Source: Alphaproteobacteria bacterium (lineage in GTDB: Bacteria; Pseudomonadota; Alphaproteobacteria; UBA7887). Taken from it: 64,000 nt of DNA. This document shows positions 41,144 through 50,180 of this stretch, piece after piece (within the stretch, counting starts at the first letter, position 1; every line of letters begins with the position of its first letter). Below the pieces are notes generated by a model. That model worked only from the letters and a program-made list of their open reading frames with translations. It did not search any database and had not been told where the DNA came from. Location of the stretch: positions 544,001 through 608,000 of the forward strand of contig CBDCGL010000011.1 in NCBI GenBank assembly GCA_965216755.1. Reading direction: 5' to 3'. The translations under genes and the position numbers were made by a program.

Positions 41144-42289
41144 TTACAACAGCGCGCGATTGTTCATGTAGCCCTGCTCGGCGTACGGCCCGCGATCCAT
41201 GGCGTCCGCGCGAAACGTCGACCAGCTTTCATAGATACGTTTGTTAAGTTCGCCTTCATTGGCTGTTTCCGCGACCACATCGTTGGCGGCCTCGAAAGCG
41301 GCTTTGATCACGTCAGCTGGGAAATTCGAGATGCTGACGCCGTGATCGCCCACCAATACACGCTGCGCCTCACCGTTGCCTGCCGTAAACTCGGCCAATG
41401 TGCGCGGATATTCGGCGGAGCAAGCGTGTCGTACGATGTCTTGCAATTCGCTATCTAGGCTATTCCACGCATCGAGGTTAATCATGCATTCCAATGCTGA
41501 ACTGGGCTCATGAAAGCCGGGGCCATAGTAATATTTGGCGACCTTATGGAAACCGAAGGCAAGGTCGTTCCAAGGGCCCACCCATTCAGTGGCATCGATC
41601 GTGCCGGCTTGCAGCGCCGGCATGATCTCTCCACCGGGTAAATTCACCGCGGTACCGCCAAGGCGGTTGATCACTTCGGCGCCGAATCCCGGTATGCGCA
41701 TTTTGATCCCGTTGATGTCGCTCAGGCCGTTGATCTCTCTTTGAAACCAACCTCCCATCTGCACGCCGGAACCGCCTGCCAAGAACGCGCGCAATCCAAA
41801 CTCGGCGTAAAGCTCGTCCCACAAGGCCTGCCCACCACCGAAATGGATCCAAGCCGCATGCTCTTGCGCCGTGAGGCCGCCGGGGACCGTGCAAAAGAAT
41901 GGCGTGCTCTTATTCTTGGCAACCCAATAATATGACGCATCGTGACTCATTTGCGCGTTGCCTTCCCGCACCGCGTCGAATGACTCGAACGCGGGGACCA
42001 GTTCCCCGGCAGCGTACAACTTCACAATCAAGCGCCCACCGCTCATGGCCGTAATCGAATCGGCCAAACGCTGCGCGCCCGTGCCAAGGCCCGGGAAGTT
42101 TTTGGGCCAGGTCGTGACCAATTTCCATTCCTGCAGGCCGGTATTGACGGACGGGGCGTCGCTCGGTTGAGCGGGTGTCCCCGAATTCGCGGACTCCTCC
42201 GACCCTTGATCACAGCTTGCCAATCCTGCGGCGGCGGCGATGGCGGTGACGCCCAATGCGCTTTTTGTCAGAAAATCCCGTCGGTCCAC
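41144..42289 (-). CDS. TRAP solute-binding protein 1 (TakP/DctP family), predicted Tat lipoprotein
   Basis: DRRDFL Tat motif, LASC lipobox; TTWPKNFPG, QMGGWF, MRIPG, EWVGP, HEP. Confidence 0.9.
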   Translation of the reverse strand: MDRRDFLTKSALGVTAIAAAAGLASCDQGSEESANSGTPAQPSDAPSVNTGLQEWKLVTTWPKNFPGLGTGAQRLADSITAMSGGRLIVKLYAAGELVPAFESFDAVREGNAQMSHDASYYWVAKNKSTPFFCTVPGGLTAQEHAAWIHFGGGQALWDELYAEFGLRAFLAGGSGVQMGGWFQREINGLSDINGIKMRIPGFGAEVINRLGGTAVNLPGGEIMPALQAGTIDATEWVGPWNDLAFGFHKVAKYYYGPGFHEPSSALECMINLDAWNSLDSELQDIVRHACSAEYPRTLAEFTAGNGEAQRVLVGDHGVSISNFPADVIKAAFEAANDVVAETANEGELNKRIYESWSTFRADAMDRGPYAEQGYMNNRALL

Positions 42290-42341
42290 TGTCGCCTCCG
42301 ATGTTTTGCTCCACTCAAACGTGGGCTGGTTTGCCGAGAGT

Positions 42342-43436
42342 CTACAAATCCCGCTGATTCATTGCGCCCTGTTCGGTGTATGGTGCCAGCGTTGCCACGC
42401 GCTTGCGAAATGCTGACCAGCTCTCGTAGACACGTCGATTGACGTCGCCGAGCGCCGCGGTTTCCGCGACGACCTCCGCGCTCAATTGCAGCATGCGGCG
42501 GACCACTTCGTCTGGAAAATGCTCCGGCATGATGCCATGACTGTTCACGAGCGCATTCAGAGACTCGGCATTGCCGGCGGTGAACTCCGACAACATGCGC
42601 TCATTTTCCGCGCCGGCCGCCGTGGCGATGAGCGCCTGTTGCGTCGGTTGCAAGCTATCCCAAATGCTGCGATTTATCATCAGTTCGATCGACGCGCCCG
42701 CCTCATGGAAACCGGGGCCATAATACAAATTGGCGACCTTGTGAAAGCCAAACGCCAAATCTGTCCAAGGGCCTGCAAATTCAACCGCGTCCACGACACC
42801 CGACTGAAGGCTGGTGAGGATCTCGGCGCCCGGCATGTTGATTGACACGCCACCGGCGCGATTGATGACTTCGCCGGCCAAACCCGGGATGCGCATGCGC
42901 AGGCCCTGGAAGTCGTCTATCGAGCGGATTTCGCGATTGAACCAGCCGCCCATTTGGGTGCCGGTGTTGCCGCATGCAAACGCTTTCAGACCATACGCAC
43001 CATAGATTTCGTCCCAAAGTTCCTGACCACCGCCGTAGGCGATCCACGCATTGTGTTCTTGCGCGACAAGACCACCGGGAACGACGCCAAAGAAGGCGAT
43101 GCTCTTATTCTTGCTCATCCAGTAGGCCGCGGCCGCGTGACCCATATCGGCGGTGCCTTCGCGAACCGCATCGAACACTTCGAAAGCGGGTACAAGTTCT
43201 CCGGCGGCAAACAGCTTCACCTCGATGCGGCCGTCAGACAGTGTCGTGATTGCGTCTGCAAGTCGTTGAGCACTCGTTCCGAGACCCGGAAAATTCTTCG
43301 GCCAACAGGTCGCCATACGTAGGCGCAGACGCCCCTGCGCGATTGCCGGAGCGGCCAAGGTCGACGTGCCCACCACAACGCTGGCCGTCGCCGCGCGCAA
43401 GAAGCCGCGGCGGTTCCCGATCATGTTTGTTGGCAT
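42342..43436 (-). CDS. TRAP solute-binding protein 2 (TakP/DctP family), Tat-exported
   Basis: NRRGFL and APAIAQ signal; QMGGWF, MRIPG, EFAGP. Confidence 0.9.
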   Translation of the reverse strand: MPTNMIGNRRGFLRAATASVVVGTSTLAAPAIAQGRLRLRMATCWPKNFPGLGTSAQRLADAITTLSDGRIEVKLFAAGELVPAFEVFDAVREGTADMGHAAAAYWMSKNKSIAFFGVVPGGLVAQEHNAWIAYGGGQELWDEIYGAYGLKAFACGNTGTQMGGWFNREIRSIDDFQGLRMRIPGLAGEVINRAGGVSINMPGAEILTSLQSGVVDAVEFAGPWTDLAFGFHKVANLYYGPGFHEAGASIELMINRSIWDSLQPTQQALIATAAGAENERMLSEFTAGNAESLNALVNSHGIMPEHFPDEVVRRMLQLSAEVVAETAALGDVNRRVYESWSAFRKRVATLAPYTEQGAMNQRDL

Positions 43437-43446
43437 TGGAAAACCC

Positions 43447-44592
43447 TTAGATATCGGCCAAGTCCCGATTGCGCACGAACCCGTAGTCGGATAATGGCGC
43501 GTAATCCATGGCGCGTTTTCGGAACGCTGACCAGCTCTCGAAAATGCGCCTGTTCAAGTCCCCTTCGGTGGCCGTTTCCGCGGCCACATCGGCCGAAATA
43601 CGAAACATTTCCTTGATCACGCTGTCGGGGAAATTGCGTTGGGTGACCCCATGTTCGTCCAGCAACACCGGCAGTGTTTCACTGTTGCGCGCGAGGTACT
43701 CGGCCGGGCCCATGAGGTGGGTGTCGTGACATGCGGCGCGAACGATGGCCTGCAGATCCGACGACAGCGCATTCCACGCGTCCAAGTTGATAAGCAGTTC
43801 ATTCGCGGTTGAGCCTTCATGGAATCCTGGCCCATAGTAATATTTCGCGACCTTATAGAACCCCATCGCCAAGTCGACCCAAGGCGATACCCACTCCGCG
43901 GCGTCGATTACGCCCGATTCCAAAGCCGGCATGATTTCGCCTGCCGGCAGATTGACGGCCGTACCGCCCATGCGATTGATCACTTCGGCCGCCAATCCGG
44001 GAATGCGGATCTTAATGCCGTCAATATCTTCCAGGCTGTTGATTTCCTTTTGGAACCAACCGCCCATTTGAACGCCCGTGTTTCCCGCCATGAAGCCGCG
44101 CACGCCGAAGTCGGCATAGAGCTCGTCCCAAAGGGCCTGGCCGCCGCCATAGGCGATCCAGGCATTGTGCTCCATCACCGTAAGACCGCCGGGCACAGCA
44201 CAAAAGAAGGGGATGCTCTTGTTTTTGGCCACCCAATAATAGGGCGCGTCATGTGAGCATTGGGCTGTGCCCTCGCGCACGGCATCGAAGGATTCGAACG
44301 CCGGCACCATCTCACCCGCCGCGAACAGCTTCACGGTCAGGCGGCCACCCGACATGGCCGTAATTTGGTCGGCCAAGTACTGTGCGGTTGTTCCGGCACC
44401 CGGAAAGTTTTTCGGCCACGTCGTGACCATTTTCCACTCGTGATATTGACCGACAACCCCCGGCGCAGTACCCGGTGATTGCGGTGTGCCGACTTCCGGA
44501 ACCCCGGCATTGCCACGCATGGCTGCCCACGTCACCGCCGTGCCGGCGGCGGCCCCAAGCACCGCGCCCGTCACAAATTCACGACGTTTCAA
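43447..44592 (-). CDS. TRAP solute-binding protein 3 (TakP/DctP family), Tat-exported
   Basis: TTG start behind GGAGG; KRREFV; QMGGWF, IRIPG, EWVSP. Confidence 0.9.
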   Translation of the reverse strand: MKRREFVTGAVLGAAAGTAVTWAAMRGNAGVPEVGTPQSPGTAPGVVGQYHEWKMVTTWPKNFPGAGTTAQYLADQITAMSGGRLTVKLFAAGEMVPAFESFDAVREGTAQCSHDAPYYWVAKNKSIPFFCAVPGGLTVMEHNAWIAYGGGQALWDELYADFGVRGFMAGNTGVQMGGWFQKEINSLEDIDGIKIRIPGLAAEVINRMGGTAVNLPAGEIMPALESGVIDAAEWVSPWVDLAMGFYKVAKYYYGPGFHEGSTANELLINLDAWNALSSDLQAIVRAACHDTHLMGPAEYLARNSETLPVLLDEHGVTQRNFPDSVIKEMFRISADVAAETATEGDLNRRIFESWSAFRKRAMDYAPLSDYGFVRNRDLADI

Positions 44593-44632
44593 GGCTGCCC
44601 CCTCCCTGTATTGTCCGACAGTGCGTTGATTC

Positions 44633-45376
44633 TTAACGCCGGTCCGTGCCCCCTTCCGCCTGCAACGTTCGCCAACCGTTGTGTGTCAGGGCCTCCAGTG
44701 GCTGAAATCGCTCTTTGTAAGCCATCTTCGGTGCTTGGGCGATCCAATAGCCGAGATATACATATGGCAAACCGAGGATCTTGGCCCGTTCGATGTACCA
44801 CAGTATGACAAACGTACCGGTGCTGGTCGTCAAGCGTTCAGGGGCGAAAAACTTGTAAACGCCGGAAAGGCCGTCTTGAAGACGATCCGTCAGTGAGACG
44901 GCAGCCAAGCGATTCCGTGCGTCGCGAAACTCAACCAAGCATGTATCAACGGGCGTATCCTCCACCATTGCCCGATAGTCGTGGAAATCCATCAACGCCA
45001 TTTCGCCATCGCCATGGCGCACATGCTCGTAGCGTTTGAACAGGGCGAATTGCTCTTGCGTGGCAAACGGCGCAATTTCGCGCCATGTCAGGTCTTGATT
45101 GCGCCGCACCACGCGGCGCATTGACTTGGTGAGCTGAAAGTCCGCGGTGCGCACGCGTACGGGAACGCAAGCTTTGCAGGTCGGGCAGGCCGGACGATAG
45201 GCAATACTATGGCTTCGCCGAAATCCAGCCTGGCTCAAAATATCGTGCAGGCTATCGGCGTCGGCGCTCGCCAGTTCGGTGACGGCTTTCGACTCCGATT
45301 GCCCGGCGATGTATGGGCATGGTTGCGGCGCCGTACCATAGAAAAACTGCAATTTTCTCGGATCTGCGTTTAGCAT
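44633..45376 (-). CDS. bpt: ATE-like aminoacyl-tRNA-protein transferase (Asp/Glu leucyltransferase Bpt family)
   Basis: PCPY, GFRRSH..AYRPAC..C.AC, RH.DG.M, YVYLGYWI...KM.YK..F.P.E. Confidence 0.88.
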   Translation of the reverse strand: MLNADPRKLQFFYGTAPQPCPYIAGQSESKAVTELASADADSLHDILSQAGFRRSHSIAYRPACPTCKACVPVRVRTADFQLTKSMRRVVRRNQDLTWREIAPFATQEQFALFKRYEHVRHGDGEMALMDFHDYRAMVEDTPVDTCLVEFRDARNRLAAVSLTDRLQDGLSGVYKFFAPERLTTSTGTFVILWYIERAKILGLPYVYLGYWIAQAPKMAYKERFQPLEALTHNGWRTLQAEGGTDRR

Positions 45377-45416
45377 CGGCTGTTCTGGTTCACCGCTCTG
45401 CAGTGTGCTGTTCTAT

Positions 45417-47297
45417 CTAGGCCGACCATATCTGCAGGCCATAATACCATGGCACGAAAATCGAAAAAGCGACCCATACCAGAAACGTAAGCGGTAATCC
45501 GGTACGCACAAAATCGATCATGCGATAGTGTCCAGGCGCCATCACGAGGAGATTCGTCTGATAGCCAATGGGCAACACGAAGGCACAGCTGGCACCGAAT
45601 ATGATCGTATAGAGAAACACGGCCGGATCGGCGCCCAGGCTGTGCGCGGCGCTGATCGCGATGGGCGTGAACAGCACAGCCGACGCATTGTTGCTCAGGA
45701 CATTCGTCAAAAGGGCAACCAGACCGAAAAGCACAACCAAGACCATCCCGGGTCCATAACCATGCACGGTCGTGAGAATAGAGTTGGCGATGAATGCGGC
45801 GCCGCCAGTTGCCTGAAGTGCCGCGCCGAGGGCGAGCGTTGCCGCCACGGTCATGACAACCCGGCTATCGATCGCGCGGGCTGCTTGGCGGATGTTGAGA
45901 CATCCGGCCAGCACCATGGTACAGGCGCCAGCAAAAGCCGCAACAACGATCGGTACCAATCCCGATGCGGCGGCAACCACAACAGCCCCGAAGATCAGCG
46001 CCGCGCGGCGAGCATGGTCGTAGCTAGGTAGCGCTGTTTGCGACCATTCGATCAGCAAAATGTCGCGATTTTCGCGCAAGGCGCGAACCTTCTCCGGCGG
46101 ACCCTGGATCAGCAATACGTCACCGGCTTCAAGCCGGATTTCGGTGACTCGGGCGCGTATCATGCGCGTGCGCCGTTGCACACCCAGCACGATGCATCCG
46201 AGTTGATGGCGAAAGCCGATCATCTCCAGATCGCGACCAATCAAGCGCGATGCGGGTGTCACCATGACCTCCGCCAACGCCTGCTCGCCACCTTGCCATG
46301 GCGCTTTGTCGCTACCGTCCGGGCTTCGCTCCTGGGCCCGAATCTGCCGTCGGGTAAAACTCGGGTGCAGGGCGCGCGGATGGCGCGCCAGGGCATCTGT
46401 AAGAGCTTTGCGCGTGGCCGCCACAATGACGACGTCGCCCGGTTCAAGGGCAAAACCCTCAAATGGCGGCAAGATGGCATGTTCGCCGCGCTGGATTAGA
46501 CGGACCGTCATTTCCGGTAATTGCCGAAACATACCAGCGATCGGCCTCTCGCCGACAAGACTTGAGCCGGGTAGCACCTCCACCTGGGCGATAAACTGCC
46601 GTCCACCCACCGCCAGATGTCGTGCCATTGGCGCCCGGTCCGGCAATAGTCGTGGCGCAATCAAAATCACATAAACAAGCCCGGTGGCGGCGATAACGGC
46701 GCCAGGCACAAGAAAATCGAAAAATCCGATACTGGGTTCGCCCAGATCGGCACCGACACCTGACACCAAAAGATTGGTGGAAGATCCGATCAACGTGGTC
46801 ATGCCGCCAAGCATGGACGCGAAGCTGAGCGGGATCAGGAGGCGGCTGACCGAAATTCCAAGCCGCTCGGCGAAGCCGGAAATCACCGGAATCATGATCA
46901 CCACGACCGGCGTGTTGTTCAACACGCTCGAAACTGCACCGGCCAAGATTAGACTGATCGCGAGACCGCGTGTTGCACTGCCACGGCTGAGCAGATGAAG
47001 GCCGGTTGCGGCACCCTCTAGGGCGCCGGTCTGGATCATCGCCTGGCCGATCACCAGCAAGGCCAGGACCGTGATCAAGGCCGGATTGGCAAATCCCTCC
47101 AGCAAGCGTTTCGCGTCCAAAACGTTCACGCCGTCGGCGTCGATCACCGGTGACAGCTCAAAATAGACCAGCAATATGGCGAGAATAGCTGCCGCTGATG
47201 CCTGCAGCGGCAGTCGCTCCAGGGTAAAGGCACCGATGGTCAAAATGACCAAGGCCAATGTCACCCACATCTGAATGTCGGGACCAGACGCGATCAT
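45417..47297 (-). CDS. SLC13/DASS-family permease with two TrkA-C domains
   Basis: NNTPVV, LGGMTTLIGSSTNL, two LE.GD TrkA-C repeats, PIGYQTN. Confidence 0.9.
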   Translation of the reverse strand: MIASGPDIQMWVTLALVILTIGAFTLERLPLQASAAAILAILLVYFELSPVIDADGVNVLDAKRLLEGFANPALITVLALLVIGQAMIQTGALEGAATGLHLLSRGSATRGLAISLILAGAVSSVLNNTPVVVIMIPVISGFAERLGISVSRLLIPLSFASMLGGMTTLIGSSTNLLVSGVGADLGEPSIGFFDFLVPGAVIAATGLVYVILIAPRLLPDRAPMARHLAVGGRQFIAQVEVLPGSSLVGERPIAGMFRQLPEMTVRLIQRGEHAILPPFEGFALEPGDVVIVAATRKALTDALARHPRALHPSFTRRQIRAQERSPDGSDKAPWQGGEQALAEVMVTPASRLIGRDLEMIGFRHQLGCIVLGVQRRTRMIRARVTEIRLEAGDVLLIQGPPEKVRALRENRDILLIEWSQTALPSYDHARRAALIFGAVVVAAASGLVPIVVAAFAGACTMVLAGCLNIRQAARAIDSRVVMTVAATLALGAALQATGGAAFIANSILTTVHGYGPGMVLVVLFGLVALLTNVLSNNASAVLFTPIAISAAHSLGADPAVFLYTIIFGASCAFVLPIGYQTNLLVMAPGHYRMIDFVRTGLPLTFLVWVAFSIFVPWYYGLQIWSA

Positions 47298-47309
47298 CTG
47301 CTCACGTGA

Positions 47310-47750
47310 TCAGTTTTCGGGGAGCAAGAGTTGCCTAACAGAATCTGGCAGCGGCGTCGACTGTCGAGTCTCTAGATCGATGAAGACCATCACGGCACTT
47401 GCCGTTGCCGCGCATTGGTCATTCTGAAAGATGGCCTCCGCAACTGTAAATGAAGAGCGCCCCAGGCTGAGGACCCGCAGGCCGGTCTGAACTTCGCCTG
47501 GGAAATGCAATTCATTCAGGAAATCGATCGAAATATGCGCCAACACCACGTTGTCTGGCGCCAACGCGGATTGTTGACCGAAACCATCGAGCAAAGCGAT
47601 GCGCCCAGACTCGAAGAATCGTGAAAACATGGCGTTGTTCACGTGCCCCATGGAATCAAGGTCGCCCCAGCGGATAATATCGCGCCGCCAGACTACGTAG
47701 CTGGCCGGGTTTGTCGCCTCGAATCCGGCGATTGCGGATGAGTCAGGCAT
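47310..47750 (-). CDS. Acyl-CoA thioesterase (4HBT/YbgC hotdog fold)
   Basis: RWGDLDSMGHVNNA...FFESGR, GRSSF. Confidence 0.88.
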   Translation of the reverse strand: MPDSSAIAGFEATNPASYVVWRRDIIRWGDLDSMGHVNNAMFSRFFESGRIALLDGFGQQSALAPDNVVLAHISIDFLNELHFPGEVQTGLRVLSLGRSSFTVAEAIFQNDQCAATASAVMVFIDLETRQSTPLPDSVRQLLLPEN

Positions 47751-47828
47751 AGGGTCATCATGGTGCCGCTACACGATATTGCCAAGCATGTTCCGGCCTT
47801 GACAAACAATCATTGGGAAGACGGGGAA

Positions 47829-49130
47829 TTGTCCGAAGTGCCTGGATTTGGGGGTCATGCCGAGTCCTACTATGCGGCGACGGCCGCCAAGAACATGGAA
47901 AATTGCCACGCACCGTTGGCCGGCAACGCGACGGCTGATGTGTGCATTATCGGCGGTGGGTTTACCGGAATCTCAGCTGCGCTGAATCTCGCGGAACGCG
48001 GCTTTTCCGTGATCGTGCTAGAGGCGCGACAGATTGGCTGGGGAGCGTCCGGGCACAACGGTGGCCAGGCGATCCTCGGCTTCAATCGAGAAATGTCCCA
48101 TCTCGAGAAGACACTGGGCCAAAATCCAGCTCGGGAATTGTGGTCGATGGCGTGCGAGGCGATCGACATCATTGACGACCGGGTGAGGCGCCATGATATC
48201 GCCTGTGACCTCAAATGGGGACAACTGCACGCCATAACCAAATCCGGCCACATGGACGGGTATGTGCGCGAAGTCGCCCATTTGGCGAATACATATGGGT
48301 ATGACCGGCTGGCGCTGCTGGACCGCGGTGGCGTTCGTCAAGCGGTGGCGAGTGATCGCTACATCGGTGGCGTTGTTGACAAGGGGTCGGGGCATCTCCA
48401 TCCGTTGAACTATGTCCTCGGCCTAGCCGGCGCTGCCCGAGCCGCAGGCGCAACAATCCATGAAAACAGCGCCGTTCTCAAGGTCAACCTGGAGGGTGCA
48501 CAACCCGTCGCGGCAACCGGTAAAGGCAGGGTGGGGGCCGATTTTTTGGTGCTTGCTGGGAATGCCTATCTAGACGGTCTTGGATTGGATCTGCACCGCC
48601 GAATCATGCCTGTGGGGACCTATATTTGCGCGACTGAGCAACTTGGTCCGCAGCGGGCGGGGAAGCTGATCCCCGACGACGTGGCGGTTACCGACGACCG
48701 ATTTGTCCTCGATTATTTCCGGCTGTCCGCCGACCATCGCATGCTGTTCGGTGGCGCTGTGAGCTATTCAACCCACCAACCAGCCGATCTACGCCGATAT
48801 ATGCGCCGCAGAATGCTGCGCGTGTTTCCGCAATTGTCGGACGCCGAGATTGCTTTCGCGTGGGGCGGTCTCGTCGCCATTACCATGAACCGTTTGCCGG
48901 ATTTCGGGCGTGTCGGCGACCGAGTGTACTATGCCCACGGATTTTCGGGCCATGGCGTCGCGCTGACCGGCCTTGCCGGAAGACTGATCGCTGATGCGAT
49001 CGCGGGTCAATTGGAGCGTTTCGATGTGTTCGCCCGCATTCCGCACCGTGATTTCCCCGGCGGCAAATGGATGCGCACGCCGATATTGGTTTTGGCGATG
49101 GCGTGGGCGCGACTGCGCGATCTATTGTAG
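47829..49130 (+). CDS. FAD-dependent oxidoreductase, gamma-glutamylputrescine oxidase (PuuB)-like
   Basis: SYYAAT, GGGFTG, GASG.NGG, HLHPLN, GFSGHGV; start uncertain (TTG 47829 or ATG 47760). Confidence 0.85.
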   Translation: MSEVPGFGGHAESYYAATAAKNMENCHAPLAGNATADVCIIGGGFTGISAALNLAERGFSVIVLEARQIGWGASGHNGGQAILGFNREMSHLEKTLGQNPARELWSMACEAIDIIDDRVRRHDIACDLKWGQLHAITKSGHMDGYVREVAHLANTYGYDRLALLDRGGVRQAVASDRYIGGVVDKGSGHLHPLNYVLGLAGAARAAGATIHENSAVLKVNLEGAQPVAATGKGRVGADFLVLAGNAYLDGLGLDLHRRIMPVGTYICATEQLGPQRAGKLIPDDVAVTDDRFVLDYFRLSADHRMLFGGAVSYSTHQPADLRRYMRRRMLRVFPQLSDAEIAFAWGGLVAITMNRLPDFGRVGDRVYYAHGFSGHGVALTGLAGRLIADAIAGQLERFDVFARIPHRDFPGGKWMRTPILVLAMAWARLRDLL

Positions 49131-49201
49131 AAACGATGGCCGTCGCCATCAGTTTCGTGGCGGCGAAATTGTCGCAATGTCGAACCGCAAGGATCTGTGG
49201 C

Positions 49202-50086
49202 ATGTCGCGTTGGACCCTTCGTCGTCAACAATTCCGCGCATTGCTGGCCGGCGAGCGTTGTATTCACCCGGCGTCGGTCTATGATCCGGTCTCTCTGCGC
49301 ATTGCCGAGGACCTCGGCTTCGAACTCGGCATGTTCGCGGGGTCGGTCGCGTCCATGACCGTGCTTGGCGCGCCGGACATGATCGTCCTCACGCTGTCGG
49401 AGTTCGCGGATCAGGCCTATCGGATTTGTAGAGCCGGCACCTTGCCGTTGCTGGTAGACGCAGATCACGGCTATGGCAACGCCCTGAATGTGATGCGCAC
49501 GGTGGAGGAACTGGAGAACGCGGGCGTCGCCGGTGCGTCTATTGAGGACACCGAATTGCCACGTAACTTTGGCACCGATGATGCGCCAAGGCTGATTTCT
49601 GTCGACGAAGGTGTCGGCAAAATCCGTGCGGCCGTCGAGGCGCGTAATGATACTGATTTTGTGATCGCAGGCCGGACAAGTGCCGCAGCCTTGACCGATG
49701 TTGCCGATGCCATCGCGCGCGCAAAGGCCTATGAAGCTGCTGGCTGCGATGCCGTATTTTTTGTTGGTGTGCGGGCGCGCGAGGACTTGGATGCGATCGC
49801 CGAAGCCGTGAGGTTGCCCTTGATCCTGGGCGGCGTCGGCGCGGAAATCACGGATGTGGACTATCTCAGCGCCCGGGGTGTCCGCGTGTGCTTGCAAGGG
49901 CATCAGCCATTTGCTGCCGCGGTCGAGGCGGTCCATCGTACGATGTCGGCGTTGCGCGGAGGAACATCGCCGGCCGAGCTCACGGACATCGCGCCACGGG
50001 ACTTGATGCGTCGTGCGACTCGCGGCGATGACTACGACAGCTGGGTCGAAGCGTTCCTTTGCCCGGCGGCGCGCGATGAGCGCTAA
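49202..50086 (+). CDS. ICL/PEP-mutase family enzyme, oxaloacetate decarboxylase-like
   Basis: PASVYDP.S.RIAEDLGFE, AGSVAS, VDADHGYGNALNV, IEDT.LP. Confidence 0.82.
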   Translation: MSRWTLRRQQFRALLAGERCIHPASVYDPVSLRIAEDLGFELGMFAGSVASMTVLGAPDMIVLTLSEFADQAYRICRAGTLPLLVDADHGYGNALNVMRTVEELENAGVAGASIEDTELPRNFGTDDAPRLISVDEGVGKIRAAVEARNDTDFVIAGRTSAAALTDVADAIARAKAYEAAGCDAVFFVGVRAREDLDAIAEAVRLPLILGGVGAEITDVDYLSARGVRVCLQGHQPFAAAVEAVHRTMSALRGGTSPAELTDIAPRDLMRRATRGDDYDSWVEAFLCPAARDER

Positions 50087-50180
50087 CCCTGCCGCACAGA
50101 AGATGAGATTCACCTATAATCGATAGGGTTATGGATGATCGAACCCGGCAGGAGGCGCACGTGTCTGAAAGGATGACGGC

